Shown here: positions 1 to 10,524 of the stretch, in pieces | Position numbering within the stretch: position 1 is the stretch's first letter | How the letters are laid out: every line of letters begins with the position of its first letter | NCBI RefSeq assembly: GCF_009914755.1 | Contig: NC_060947.1 | Source: the human T2T-CHM13v2.0 reference genome, Homo sapiens | DNA: 64,000 bases | Strand: one strand, 5' to 3' | Notes under the pieces: generated by a model | What the model was told of the DNA's origin: nothing | What the model saw: only the letters and a program-made list of their open reading frames with translations | Database searches by the model: none | Position numbers and translations under genes: made by a program

Positions 1-415
1 ACATTTCTTACACTTTCTTCATTTGACTTCCAAAACACTATCATCTCTTCATCTTCCTCTTACCTCATTGTTGGTTCTTGTCAGCTTTCTTTGCTGATTT
101 CTGCCTAGCTCCTGAGTGCCAACGTGCTTAGCCTGTGGCCTTTTCTTTTCTACACCCAGTAATATTCTTGAGAATGCAATTTCGCATCATGCATTTATAT
201 AACATCTATATGCTGACAATGTTCAAATTTTTGTATCCAACCCACACATCTTTAGTGAACTCTTTTATACTCAAATATTATTTATTTTCTGTTTTTTTTA
301 CATGAATATAAGCTCTCTAGAAAAGAGAACCATTTCATTTGCAAATGCATCCCACTCTTCACTAGAAAATTACTTGGCAAATGATAAGGGCTTCATAAAG
401 AGTTAATAAAGGAAA
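1..415 (+). mobile_element. L2 LINE fragments (RT region plus 3' end), ancient
   Basis: 1-270 resembles the L2 ORF2 region ('catctatatgctgacaatgttcaaattt', YADD-like). 300-415 resembles the L2 3' tail. Confidence 0.6.
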
Positions 416-1480
416 GAAAAAATGAATTAAATATTTTACGTACATATGTGTGTATATATCCATATGGATATATGAGAGATAAATATTTCACAAATATTTG
501 ATTAAGTTGAACACATTATTCCTTTGTCATGCTATGCATCAATTTTCCCTTTCAATAATATTTTGCTCTTTTCAACATTTAGATGTCTTTCAAATAATAT
601 GAATTGTAGGCGTTTTCTTCTTAATGACTGCTCTGATAACTTAGTACTTATTAGCTCTTGTTATATTAGAAACAAAGATATTCAGAGTTGAATGAGAGGA
701 AAAGCAATATGAGTTTTCTGCTGATCTAGGTAAAAAGGAAAATGAAGCAAAGAAGAGAAAGATGGTTCTTGCAGCAGGGGTTTTCAGAACTTAAGTAGAA
801 TCCTGTTTTTGAACACTGAATTTGACTCCCTGCAGTCAGCCTTAAAAATACATACAGAATACAAAATGTATTGAGTTCTTTAAAGTGCAAAAGATGAAGG
901 GCTGTTGTTAGTTGGAGTTCTTCCAGAAGACAATCCTGTCTCAAACAGTGTTTGGTTCTTAAGAGAGGTTAACTTCCCAGCACAAATATGACACTAAAGA
1001 GCTAATCATCAGTCTTCCTCTTTCCTGACAGAGCTTTGATCCACAGTTGAACCTTTTTCTTTTTCTTTCAAACTACATTCAGTTGTAGTCCCTGGGGAAA
1101 AGTCAGATTCCTGTTGATTTTCCTCAGCTCAAGGAGAAGGGTTTCATCTTTATTTATAGCACTTGTGAAGTGCCCACAGGACACAGCAAGGTCAGGGTCC
1201 TAGCTAAGACCTAAGACCTATCCATAGTATATAGAAATAAGGCAACCTTTGCATCCTCGAGAAACTTATATTCTAAAGTATGGATTGAGTCAATGGCCTT
1301 TGAAATGGTAACTATTTTGAATAAAAAACATCAGAGGAGCAGGATTTGAGAGATGAACACATAGCAATGCATAAAGTAGATTTACTGAATAGAAGTCTAG
1401 TACTATAAGTAATTAAATAAAAGCCTTCTCAGCCCAGGTTGTGGCAATTCTGGATTTTTACTTTTCCTGTCTTGCAGAAG

Positions 1481-1650
1481 AGTGATTCTTAACCTTGGCT
1501 GCACATTAACATTACCTGAAAATCTTTTAAAAACCTTGATGTCAGACCTCGCCCTGACAAATCAAAATCTCTTTCTAGGACCAAGATATTAGTAATTTGT
1601 TTTAAACTCACTAGGTGATACCAATATGCATCCAAGTTTGAGAATAAGTA
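1481..1650. mobile_element. MER5A-type hAT-Charlie MITE
   Basis: 'agtgattcttaaccttggctgcacattaa...ggtgataccaatatgcatccaagtttgagaa' matches the quasi-palindromic MER5A consensus. Confidence 0.75.
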
Positions 1651-2035
1651 TTCTTGGCTCATAAAATAGAGTTATGACAGCTATATAAACAAAACAGATA
1701 TTATACATTTTAGAAAATATGTGACAACGGAATCATTCATGTCAATGGCAAAATAATTATAACAATTCATTAACCAATATCTGTTATATAGACTTTTGGG
1801 TTATTATTTTTTTAGCACGTTTATAATTGGTTTTCTGAGAGATACATAAAACCCAGCCATAATGACAAAAGTAAATACTGGTCACCCAACTCAAGATTTG
1901 GGAAAACCTTACTAGCCTTGTTATAGAGAGTAATAACTTCCTCTAGGCATGCTAAAAAGTACAAGAATGAGAGGCATGATCTCATTCCTATTCTCAAATA
2001 TGTCCAGTGATCTTTACTCAATACATAGATAATTT

Positions 2036-2132
2036 GTACCTGAATCAGAATCTCTGGGATAGAGCCAAGGATCTTTATTTTTAATAATCTCCCAGTTAAT
2101 TATTATTTACACTGAAGTGTAAAAATCACAGG
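2036..2132. mobile_element. MER5 fragment
   Basis: 'tgaatcagaatctctggg...ttttaataatctcccag...tacactgaagtgtaaaaatcac' matches the MER5 right half. Confidence 0.6.
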
Positions 2133-2206
2133 CTTATTTTTACACTATAATTAACAGTAACAACAAAACCAGATATGGTAAATACAGTAAATTTAAAATC
2201 CCTAAG

Positions 2207-2652
2207 TGAAACCAGCCTGATGTCCCCATAGAAATGATATAATGATTTTTTAAGTAAACATGGAAATTGATACTCCCTAGTCTTAAAACTTGAAACATTT
2301 ACTTTATCTGAATTCTTTCCTCAGGAAACCAACCCTCAGGCAAGGAACTAAAATTCATCAGATTACCATATCCAGACAATGAGACACCAGACCCCTCATT
2401 CATCATGAATGCTTCCTTTCTTGTCCCTAATTTACTTCCCCCACACACATACGTAGTTAGATTCCCTCCACCACTATCTAAACCCCCAATTTTACTTAGC
2501 TAAGGAGACAGATTTGAAGTTTGGCTACCATCACTCCTGCTGACGTCACCTGAATTAAAAGCCTTCTTCCTGGCAGTAATTGTTGTCTCAGTGATTCACT
2601 TTCTGTGTGGTGAGCAAAAGGACCTATACCAAACCCCTGGCATTTCAGTATA
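2207..2652 (+). mobile_element. Solo ERV1 LTR, MER39-like
   Basis: Starts TGAAACC and contains 'tcctcaggaaaccaacc', 'gacaatgagacaccagacccctca' and an AATTAAA signal. Ends 'ccaaacccctggcatttcagtata'. Confidence 0.75.
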
Positions 2653-3229
2653 CTACGTAAGGTCTGATATAACAGAAATCATACCAAATCAGTCATTTTA
2701 GAAGGTCTAAAACAATTTTAAAAGATTGCCTTCAAACAGAATAGTATCACTTAAATTGACCTCTTCCCTAGAAACTTAGCTGGGAAAACACATAACTGCT
2801 TTGCAAATATATTTATAGCAATAAAAAACACATAAATAAGCAACAATTTTAATGAAATGAATAATAATGACTCAGAGGTAGAGATGTCTTTAAAAATTTT
2901 TGCCATTGGAATAATCGGAAGTAAATAATATAATTTGCAGCAGGGTGGAAAGCATTGTATATGTGTTCCTACTAACTAAGTACGAATCCAGTAAGACTGT
3001 ATGACACATTTTTAAAAAGCATATTTTTAAAAACAATCTTTACTTCCTTTAAAAATATCTTGGATGCTTTGTAAAAAATAATGTCTGTTCATTATAAAAT
3101 TCAAAATGCCAGGAATATTATAAGAAAAAAATAAAAATTACCAGAAACCTTGCCTTTTTTGCAGAAAAGTCCTGAATAGAAGTTTACATAAATAAGAGAA
3201 TTGGTGTTCTATAAAGTGTTTTTCTTTAG

Positions 3230-3620
3230 TCAACAATATGATTAGTACATTTTTCAGGAAATAGTACTATATTTAATATTTTTTAATAGCTATATATTAT
3301 GTAAGCTCCAGAATTCCTTTAGTCAGTTTCTATCAAGGGACATTTAGATGATTTTTCAACTTTTCTATATTATTAAAAACATCATAAGATGAATCCTTAT
3401 GTGTACATAATTTTGAATATGTGCAATTATTCCCTTAGTGTAACCTTTTAAAAGTGAGTTTTTTAATATATCAAAAGGAATAAGCATTTTACATATGGAT
3501 TCCTATTGTAAACAAATCCTCTTCCCTAATTGCACTATAGCATCTGAGATTGTTCCTTATTTTATGTCCTCAACAAGCCTGGGTTTCGTCAAATTTCTTA
3601 AACATTTTCTTTTCATTTTT
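3230..3620 (-). mobile_element. Ancient L1M (L1ME-like) 3' fragment
   Basis: Degenerate 'ggacatttagatgatttttcaactttt...attataaa' L1 3' region motif, antisense. Confidence 0.5.
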
Positions 3621-3684
3621 TTAATGATTATCATACCATTGTTCTAATTTCCTTATTAATGAATAGAAATTATTACTTTTTTTT

Positions 3685-4600
3685 GGCCTTGGTGAAAAAA
3701 CGTCCAAGTTTTGGAGCCCATACATAGCCTCTATTCCTGCCACCATAGACACTTGTTTCATAATCTCATTGGATAATTGCCAGGGTGACCAAGGAAAGAG
3801 ACTAACTGACATTCAGAATAGGTCACCTTGTCCACTTGATTAAAGATCATGTGCCACAGTAGATTTCTTCAGGTGGACAGTTATACGGCTCATAAATATA
3901 ATCATACTATGTGCCTATTCTGAGAGATCCATCGAATACCTCACCCTCTTGTCATTGCTCTTCAAATCTTATCCTTTTTAGTCCCTGATTAACCTGATTA
4001 GCAAATCATTGGTCACTGCCTATAAATCACTGTAGATCCATATCTGAGATGATCTTTCCCTCCATGCAAACTACATATCTAATTTCTGCTCACTGAGAGA
4101 ATTTCCCTTCAATACTATCTTTCGAGACCACATCTTAATAGGACCATAGTGCAGTGGCCATCAATGGGGCTGGTTTGTCATGAAAATCTACCTATCAACT
4201 AGAACTTTACTCTTTTGTTCTTTCATTATTTGGTAAAAGGGAATCTCCCCACAAGGTAGTTGGTATGAGCCATGGGTCAGGTAGCAAAGTAACAGGGGTA
4301 GGTACTCTAAGAGTCTGAGCCTCCTACCTGGTTTACTTGTGCATTCAGACCTGCACTAACAAGGTCTCATATATACCATATCAATTGTGTAAAGTTATGC
4401 TACTGTACACATCCAATTGTATGGTTTTTAAATCAGGTAAGTCAAAGTCCAGAATGGTCAAAGAGTCACTTACTGTCCAATTTATTTCTGTTTAAGGAGA
4501 TTGTCTTTGCGGCGGGGGGGGTCCTCAAATATGTGAGCAAACCAATCCCAGAATCTCATTTTGAGAATCTGTTTTATGGGACCACTTTTGGGGTAAATTA
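3685..4600 (-). mobile_element. ERVL internal remnant (leader fused to RNase H and integrase N-terminus)
   Basis: Minus-strand translation gives KDSIEGKFSQ*AE..WIYSD (cf. HERV-L RNase H KDSGEGKSSQWAE..YTDS) and Q*DYETSVYGGRNRGYVWAPKLGRFFTKA (cf. QWAHEQSGHGGRDGGYAWAQQHGLPLTKA). An ERVL-type leader lies at about 4540-4600. Confidence 0.8.
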
Positions 4601-4601
4601 C

Positions 4602-5088
4602 TGTATCGGTAAGGATCTCAGAAATCTGACATTACACTTAAACTAGTTTCTCAGAAATTTAATATTAAAACTAATTTCAAAAATATGAATACAGTTTGGA
4701 GAAACCAAGATGGAAGTGATTACCACCATTAAGAATGAAAAGGTAAGTCAAAGAGCATTTACAGAATTAAAAATTTTAAAAAGCCAAAAAACAAAAACAA
4801 ACTAATGAGAGGTGCGCGAGAGTGAGAAAGAGAGAGAGAGAGAGACTGCTAGGATTTGTGGTCTCTGATAGAGGAACAAAACTATCTGCCATAAAGCAAT
4901 GGAGAAGAAAGCAGAGGAATAAGTAACTCTTTTTTCTCCCACCTTCCGATTTTTTTTGTCAGAGCCTTCCATTCATCAAACTCCACTAGAAGCCGGAAGG
5001 ATGGGAGGTCCACTAAAGTAGTCCATACAGTTAAGCCTTCAAAAATGTGCAGCAAAATAAAGAAGGATACATTGTAGAACTGGAGATT
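4602..5088 (-). mobile_element. ERVL LTR (LTR33-like), 5' LTR of the adjacent internal remnant
   Basis: TG at 4602 abuts the ERVL leader. 'ccttccattcatcaaactccactagaagccggaagg...agtccatacagttaagcc' resembles LTR33. Contains (GA)n at 4828-4845. Confidence 0.6.
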
Positions 5089-5099
5089 TGATTTAAGTA

Positions 5100-5240
5100 T
5101 TGTGTGTGTGTGTATATATCTATATATATGTTATATTATATATGTATTGTATAGCATCATATATATTTTATTATATGTACCATATATTTTATGTATTCTT
5201 TTGAATATATAGTTAAATAAATAATATATACTTATATTTA
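5100..5240. repeat. (TG)n and TA-rich low-complexity tract
   Basis: Seen directly. Confidence 0.8.
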
Positions 5241-5259
5241 TAAAACCAAAATTTTCCCC

Positions 5260-6620
5260 ATCGTTCATTTTCTAAAATGATCTTGGCTATCATTACATGT
5301 TTTTCTTTAAGATGAGCTGTAGAATAATTTGCCATCTTTTAGAAATAAGAAAAATCAAATTTTATTTTTAACTGGTATTACATACACTTTTAGATCAATT
5401 CAGAGAAAACTGATATTTTTGTACTATTTAAAACTCCTTTTCAAAGCAAATAATTTATCTCTAGTCAAATTATTTATGTCTTTCAGTAGAGTTTTAGAGC
5501 TTCATATAGGAATTTTGTCTTTTGTGTTAAGTTTATTCCTCAGTGTTTTCTGTGGTTTTGCTACAAAAAATAATAAATTTTCTTCCATTATATTTTATAT
5601 TTCTTATTATTTGTATATAGGTTGCATATTATAGAACATAATATTTATTATTTTGTACATTAATTCTATGATGAGCAAAGACTATGGAATAATGATAATC
5701 TCGAATTGTTTTTTAGTTGATTCTTTAGTTTTTCAGGAATATAATAATTTCCTCTGCAAGTACTGGTAATATTGCCCTCTTCTCACCAATATTTATATCT
5801 CTCATGTAATTTCCTAGCTATACTGAAACAGCGAGCATATCCAGTAAAAAGTTAAATAGTAGCAAAAATAGCTTGCTCTTTGTATTATTCTTAACTTCAA
5901 TAAGGTTGAGCATAACATTTCACTTTTAATCATGATTTAAGATATATATCTTGAATCATGTGTTTTGAGATACACATCTTTACTCTTCAGGCTGAGCACA
6001 GTGGCTTACACTTATAATCCCAATGCTTTTGGAAGTCAAGGTGGGAAGATCGCTTCAGGCTTGGAGTTCAAGCCCAGCCTGAGCATTATAGCAAGACCCC
6101 ATTTCTACAAAAACATTACTAAAAAATTAGCTCGGTGAGGTGGTGCATGCCTGCAGTCCTAGCTACTCAGGAGTCAGAGTTAGATCAGGAGTTTGAGGCT
6201 GCAGTGAACTATAATTATAACACTATACTTCAGCCTGGGTGACAGAGCAAGACCGTCTCTTTAAAAATATTTTTTAAATATATCTTAATTCTTATTTCAT
6301 ATAACCTTCCATTCTCACAATTAGAGATGGTTGTTGGATTTTACCAAATAACATTTATATTTCTGAAGGTATGTAGAAGACATTTTAAATCTACCCTATT
6401 AAATAAAACAAATTATATAAATTTAAATTTCTAAAAAAATTGAATTTTCTAACATGATATAAATCACCCCTACTTTCTATGCTTTATTATATTATTCTTT
6501 ATCATACTGGTGAACTTTACTAACTTTTTAAAATTTATATCATAAGTATTAGTATGTAAAGTTGAGCTCTCATTTTCTTTTTTATAATCTTCACCAGATT
6601 TTGGTAATTTAAATTCATAA
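5260..6620 (-). mobile_element. Ancient L1M ORF2 fragment, interrupted by AluJ
   Basis: Degenerate antisense L1 ORF2 motifs, e.g. 'tgttggattttaccaaataac' and 'ccagattttggta'. Confidence 0.5.
5990..6267 (+). mobile_element. AluJ
   Basis: Dimeric Alu with J-type 'atagcaagacccc' and 'gaggctgcagtgaac'. Degenerate TSD: atacacatctttactctt / atatatcttaattctt. Confidence 0.9.
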
Positions 6621-6649
6621 TTTAATCCATATCAATTTAATATAGTTGA

Positions 6650-7360
6650 ACTTTGTGGAGGATTTTTGCATCTATGTTCATGAGAGATATTGGCCTGTAG
6701 GGTTTTTGTTTCATGCTTTCCTTGCCAAGTTTTGGAATCAGTATGATGCTGGCTTTGTAGAATGAGTTAGAAAGGAGTCCCTCCTCCATCGATTGGAATA
6801 GTTTTATTATGATTCATACCAGCTCTTCTTTGTACATCTGGTAGAATTTGACTGTGAATCCATTTGGTCTGGGGCTTGTTTTAATTGGTGTGTTTTTTAT
6901 TACTGATGTAATTTTGGAATTTGATATTGATCTGTTTGGGATTTTAATTTCTTCTTTATTAAATCTTGGGAGATTGTTTCCAGAAACTTATCAGTTTTCT
7001 CTGGATTTTCAAGATAATGGGCATAGAAGTGTTCATAATTATCTCTGAGGATCTTTTCTATTTCTGTGAAATCAGTCACAATGTCACATTTTTTGTTCCC
7101 GATTGTAGTTATTTAGATCTTCTCTTTTTTTCTTTATTAATCTAGCTAGTACTGTATCAATCTTGTTTATTCATTCAAGAAACTAATTTTGTTTTGTTTT
7201 TGTTGATTCTTTATATGAATTTTTGGGTCTTAATTTCATTGAGTTTTAATCTGATTTTATTTATTTATTTTCTTCTGTAAGCTTTGGGGTTAGTTTGTTC
7301 TTGTTTTTCTAATTCCTCTAAGTGTGATGTTACATCATTAATTTTTAATCTTTCTATCTA
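6650..7360 (-). mobile_element. L1 ORF2 fragment (L1PB/L1MA age)
   Basis: 'gaggatttttgcatctatgttcat...tggtagaatttgactgtgaatccat' is antisense L1 ORF2. Confidence 0.85.
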
Positions 7361-7389
7361 TCCTAAATCTCCAGTTTCTGAGAAAAGAT

Positions 7390-8200
7390 TATCCCAAATT
7401 TATAAAATAAATCATAAAGTGTATAGAATGAGGAAATAGTCCCTTATTTTTTTCTGTAAGACCAGTATAATTTTGATATTCAATGAAGAAAGATGGCACA
7501 AGGGAAAGAAAATTGTTATTCAATGTAAATTTACCTCATGAACATAGATACAATAATTACAAAAAATGCAAAAAAACAATTACATAAATACAAACAAACA
7601 CATATATATGTATGTATATGTTTGTATGAATGTATGTCATAGTCAAATTAGCACTAAGAACCCAAAGGTAATTTAGCATTATAAAAACTTTAAATGTTAT
7701 TGCTAACAGATTGCAGGAGAAATCTCACAGAATTACCTAAATAGTTTTTTTAAATGCATTGGCTAAATTTAATATTAATTCATGTCAAAATCTTTTGGAA
7801 ATTTATGAATATAATAAAACATTTAAACCAGACAATATGTTGCCTAATCAAAATGTATAATAAGCATGACTATTAAAGGTGAGATCCTATTTACATCAAG
7901 AGAATAATGTGCATATCACTGCATTTACTGAATATCATACTGGTTGTTATGGTCCATCTGGTAATTTTTTTAATGCAATGCATATACAAAAAATATAAAA
8001 ACTTTCATAATTCACACATGATATTAATGTCTATATTTAGAAAGTACTTCATTATTAAATTATTAGAAATGTTGAGAGTTTGGAAAGTAGGCCAGAAATG
8101 GGATCAAACTGCATAACAAAACAAAACCCCTCTAAATGTCTACATAATAATAAGAAAGTTTTAGAAAAATAGAAATTTACAAATATATCATTTAAAACAG
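7390..8200 (+). mobile_element. Ancient L1M ORF2 fragment
   Basis: Degenerate sense RT-region motifs ('catgaacatagata', 'aaatgcattggctaaatttaatattaattcatg'). Confidence 0.5.
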
Positions 8201-8214
8201 AGTCTTCTACGTTT

Positions 8215-10284
8215 TTCCCACAAGACGGTGGGAAATACCATGCCTCGGCCGCTTGGAAATAGCAAGATAGTGCGTAAAGATCAACTCTGTGAGCTTCAAT
8301 TCAAAAAGGAAAATGTGAATCCACCAGAGTCATGAAGGACACCCCAGATCAGGAGAGCAGAGGACACTGGCAAACAGCCCCTATGATGGCATCTGGCTGA
8401 TAAAATTTAGTGCAACCACAGTATGTGAGAGAGGAAGAGAGTCTTTCTCTGTGACTCACATTTACACTGGAGATCTGAGGCAACCCAAGCCGAGGCAGAG
8501 TATTTTTTTTTTCTCCCAAGACAAGAGCTAACCTGAGAAGAAGCTTGGAGATGCTGTGAGGAAAAGACATGAATAAAAGCTGCAGGCGTTTTCCCAGACC
8601 TGGGACTGAGAGCAGAACACCATTTTTAATCTGGGTGCAACAAAGTCAGCCATTCTTTGGTGATCCGGCAGTGTGGCCATGCAAACATTTCAGTCTCAGG
8701 CTGGAAATTTGAGTGCTCGTTTTGGAGATGGGTAAGGGCATTCACAGCTAGAACTGTGGAAAGTGCCTCAGCAGTAAGCAATGGAATTTTGCTCTCCCCC
8801 ATCTCAAACCTGCGGCAGGAGGAGAGCTGCTATAGCTGCAATTTCTCCTGGGCTGTGAACCTTGCAGCCAAAGCCACCTTGATGACCTAGAACCAATCTA
8901 TGTGTCCCATAACTGTGTGCCCCAGACTGCTCCCCTGAGATCTTGGTGCAGCGGGCCCCTCTCTGCTCCACTCCCAGGCAGAAATCCAGGCATTTGGAGG
9001 ATTCACTTCTCTGCAACTGCAGCCTGAGTTGCCCTATCCTACACTGACATAGATCACGGTACAGTGGGGCTCTCTCTGCTCTATGGCCAGGGAGGTATCT
9101 AGGCATTTGGAGAACCCACTCACTTGGATCTACAGCCTGACCTGACCTGCAATTTCTGTGCTGAGATCTTTGTGCAAGAAGTCCTTATCTGCTTCAGGCC
9201 CAAAAGTATCTCCAGGAATTTTGAGCAATCCCTCATCTAGATCAGCAGACTGAGCCACCTGACCCTTCTAGGACATAGATTGTGGTGCAGTGACACCCTC
9301 TTTGCCCCATGCCTGGGCAAATCTCCAAGCATTTGGAACACCAACTTGCCTGGATTAGTGGCCAGAGCCACCTCACCCTTCCTGTTCAGAGATCCTCATG
9401 CAGGGGGGCCTTCTCTGCTACATGCCCAGGCAGATCCCCAGGCATTTGGTGTGCTTACTCCTGGATTAGGAGTTTATTCCACTCCTGATTCCTATGCAAA
9501 GAATTTGAGGCTGAGCAAATTCCCCAGTTCCAGGCTTAGGCACACCTCTGAGTGTTTGGTGGTCATCCAGCGAATGCTTTCTCAGTGCAGTTGCTTGTGC
9601 CTGCCATGAGGGGACCTGTAGATAGACCCTAACCATTGTAACCTCACAACCCTGGGGTTAAGCAGGGAGGTCAGACTCCTGGGCATTTTGCAAAATAGCC
9701 CATTGCCTAGGCAACAGACAGTAAACAAGGATCAAGTGTATACCCAGCTGCATGGGTCACAGGCAGCTCTTACCTGTAAGTTTTTACCTACTGGATTGTA
9801 CGTTGAACTGCACAGCCCAATATAAAACCTGCTGAAAGAAGAGCATAGGGCTGTAGGAGCAAAACCAACAAACCCTATCCAGCATTCCTTACAGTCACAC
9901 ACACTAGGGAGGGGAGCAATAGGAAAAAGAAGGAAAGAAAAGAAACCAATAATATTTAGAGAAAGAAATAAAAAGAAAAAAAATCCTACCTGAATAAAAG
10001 TAACTATAGAAATTAGAAATGCCAACATCTCCAGATGAGAAGTAACCAGAGCAAACATTTTGGTACCATAAAAAATCAGAATGTAATGACACCACCAAAG
10101 GATCACACTAGCTCTCTAGCAATAATCAGTAAATAAAAGGAAAGCTTGGAAATGGCGGATAAAGAATTCAAAGCATAGATTGCGAGGAAACTCAATGAGA
10201 TCCAAGACAATGTTGAAAATCAACACAAAAAAGCTTCTAAAGCAATCTGGAAACTGAAGGAAGAGAAAAACATTCAAAAAGAAT
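8215..10284 (+). mobile_element. L1 5' end (L1PBa/L1MA-type 5'UTR plus ORF1 start), 3'-truncated
   Basis: The GC-richer UTR starts at 'caagacgg'. ORF1 ATG at 10035 gives MRSNQSKHFGTIKNQNVMTPPKDHTSSLA, then a shifted DKEFKA*IARKLNEIQ, which is typical of L1PB/MA ORF1. The element stops at about 10284. Confidence 0.85.
8930..9470 (+). repeat. 113-bp tandem repeat, 5 copies, in the L1 5'UTR
   Basis: The anchor 'catttgg' (or a variant) occurs at 8991, 9104, 9217, 9330 and 9443, an exact 113-bp period. Confidence 0.9.
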
Positions 10285-10367
10285 TTGGGATAATCTTTTC
10301 TCAGAAACTGGAGATTTACTTGTAAAGTCATATTTGCACAGTGTTGTATTCACATTATGTAAATATA

Positions 10368-10407
10368 TTTTTTTATTATACTTCAAGTACTGGAATACAT
10401 GTGCAGC
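10368..10407 (-). mobile_element. Ultra-short 5'-truncated L1PA insertion (~40 bp)
   Basis: 'ttttttattatacttcaagtactggaatacatgtgcag' is the reverse complement of an L1PA 3' terminus. It is flanked by aaatatattt (10361) and aaatattttt|aa (10408). Confidence 0.7.
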
Positions 10408-10524
10408 AAATATTTTTAACTGATTATCTCTAACAGACTATTCCAGGTTTTTAATTGATTTCATCATTATTTAATACATGTAAGTATATTTTTCTTCAGG
10501 AAGTTTTTAAATCTTAAAAAGAGG

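Noticed and set aside
5260-8200. Opposite-orientation old L1 ORF2 pieces as one inverted duplication
   Set aside because: They are too diverged to show shared ancestry by eye, and independent insertions are equally likely.
8930-9470. Regularly spaced repeats as a CRISPR-like array
   Set aside because: Whole 113-bp units are homologous with no unique spacers, and they lie inside an L1 5'UTR.
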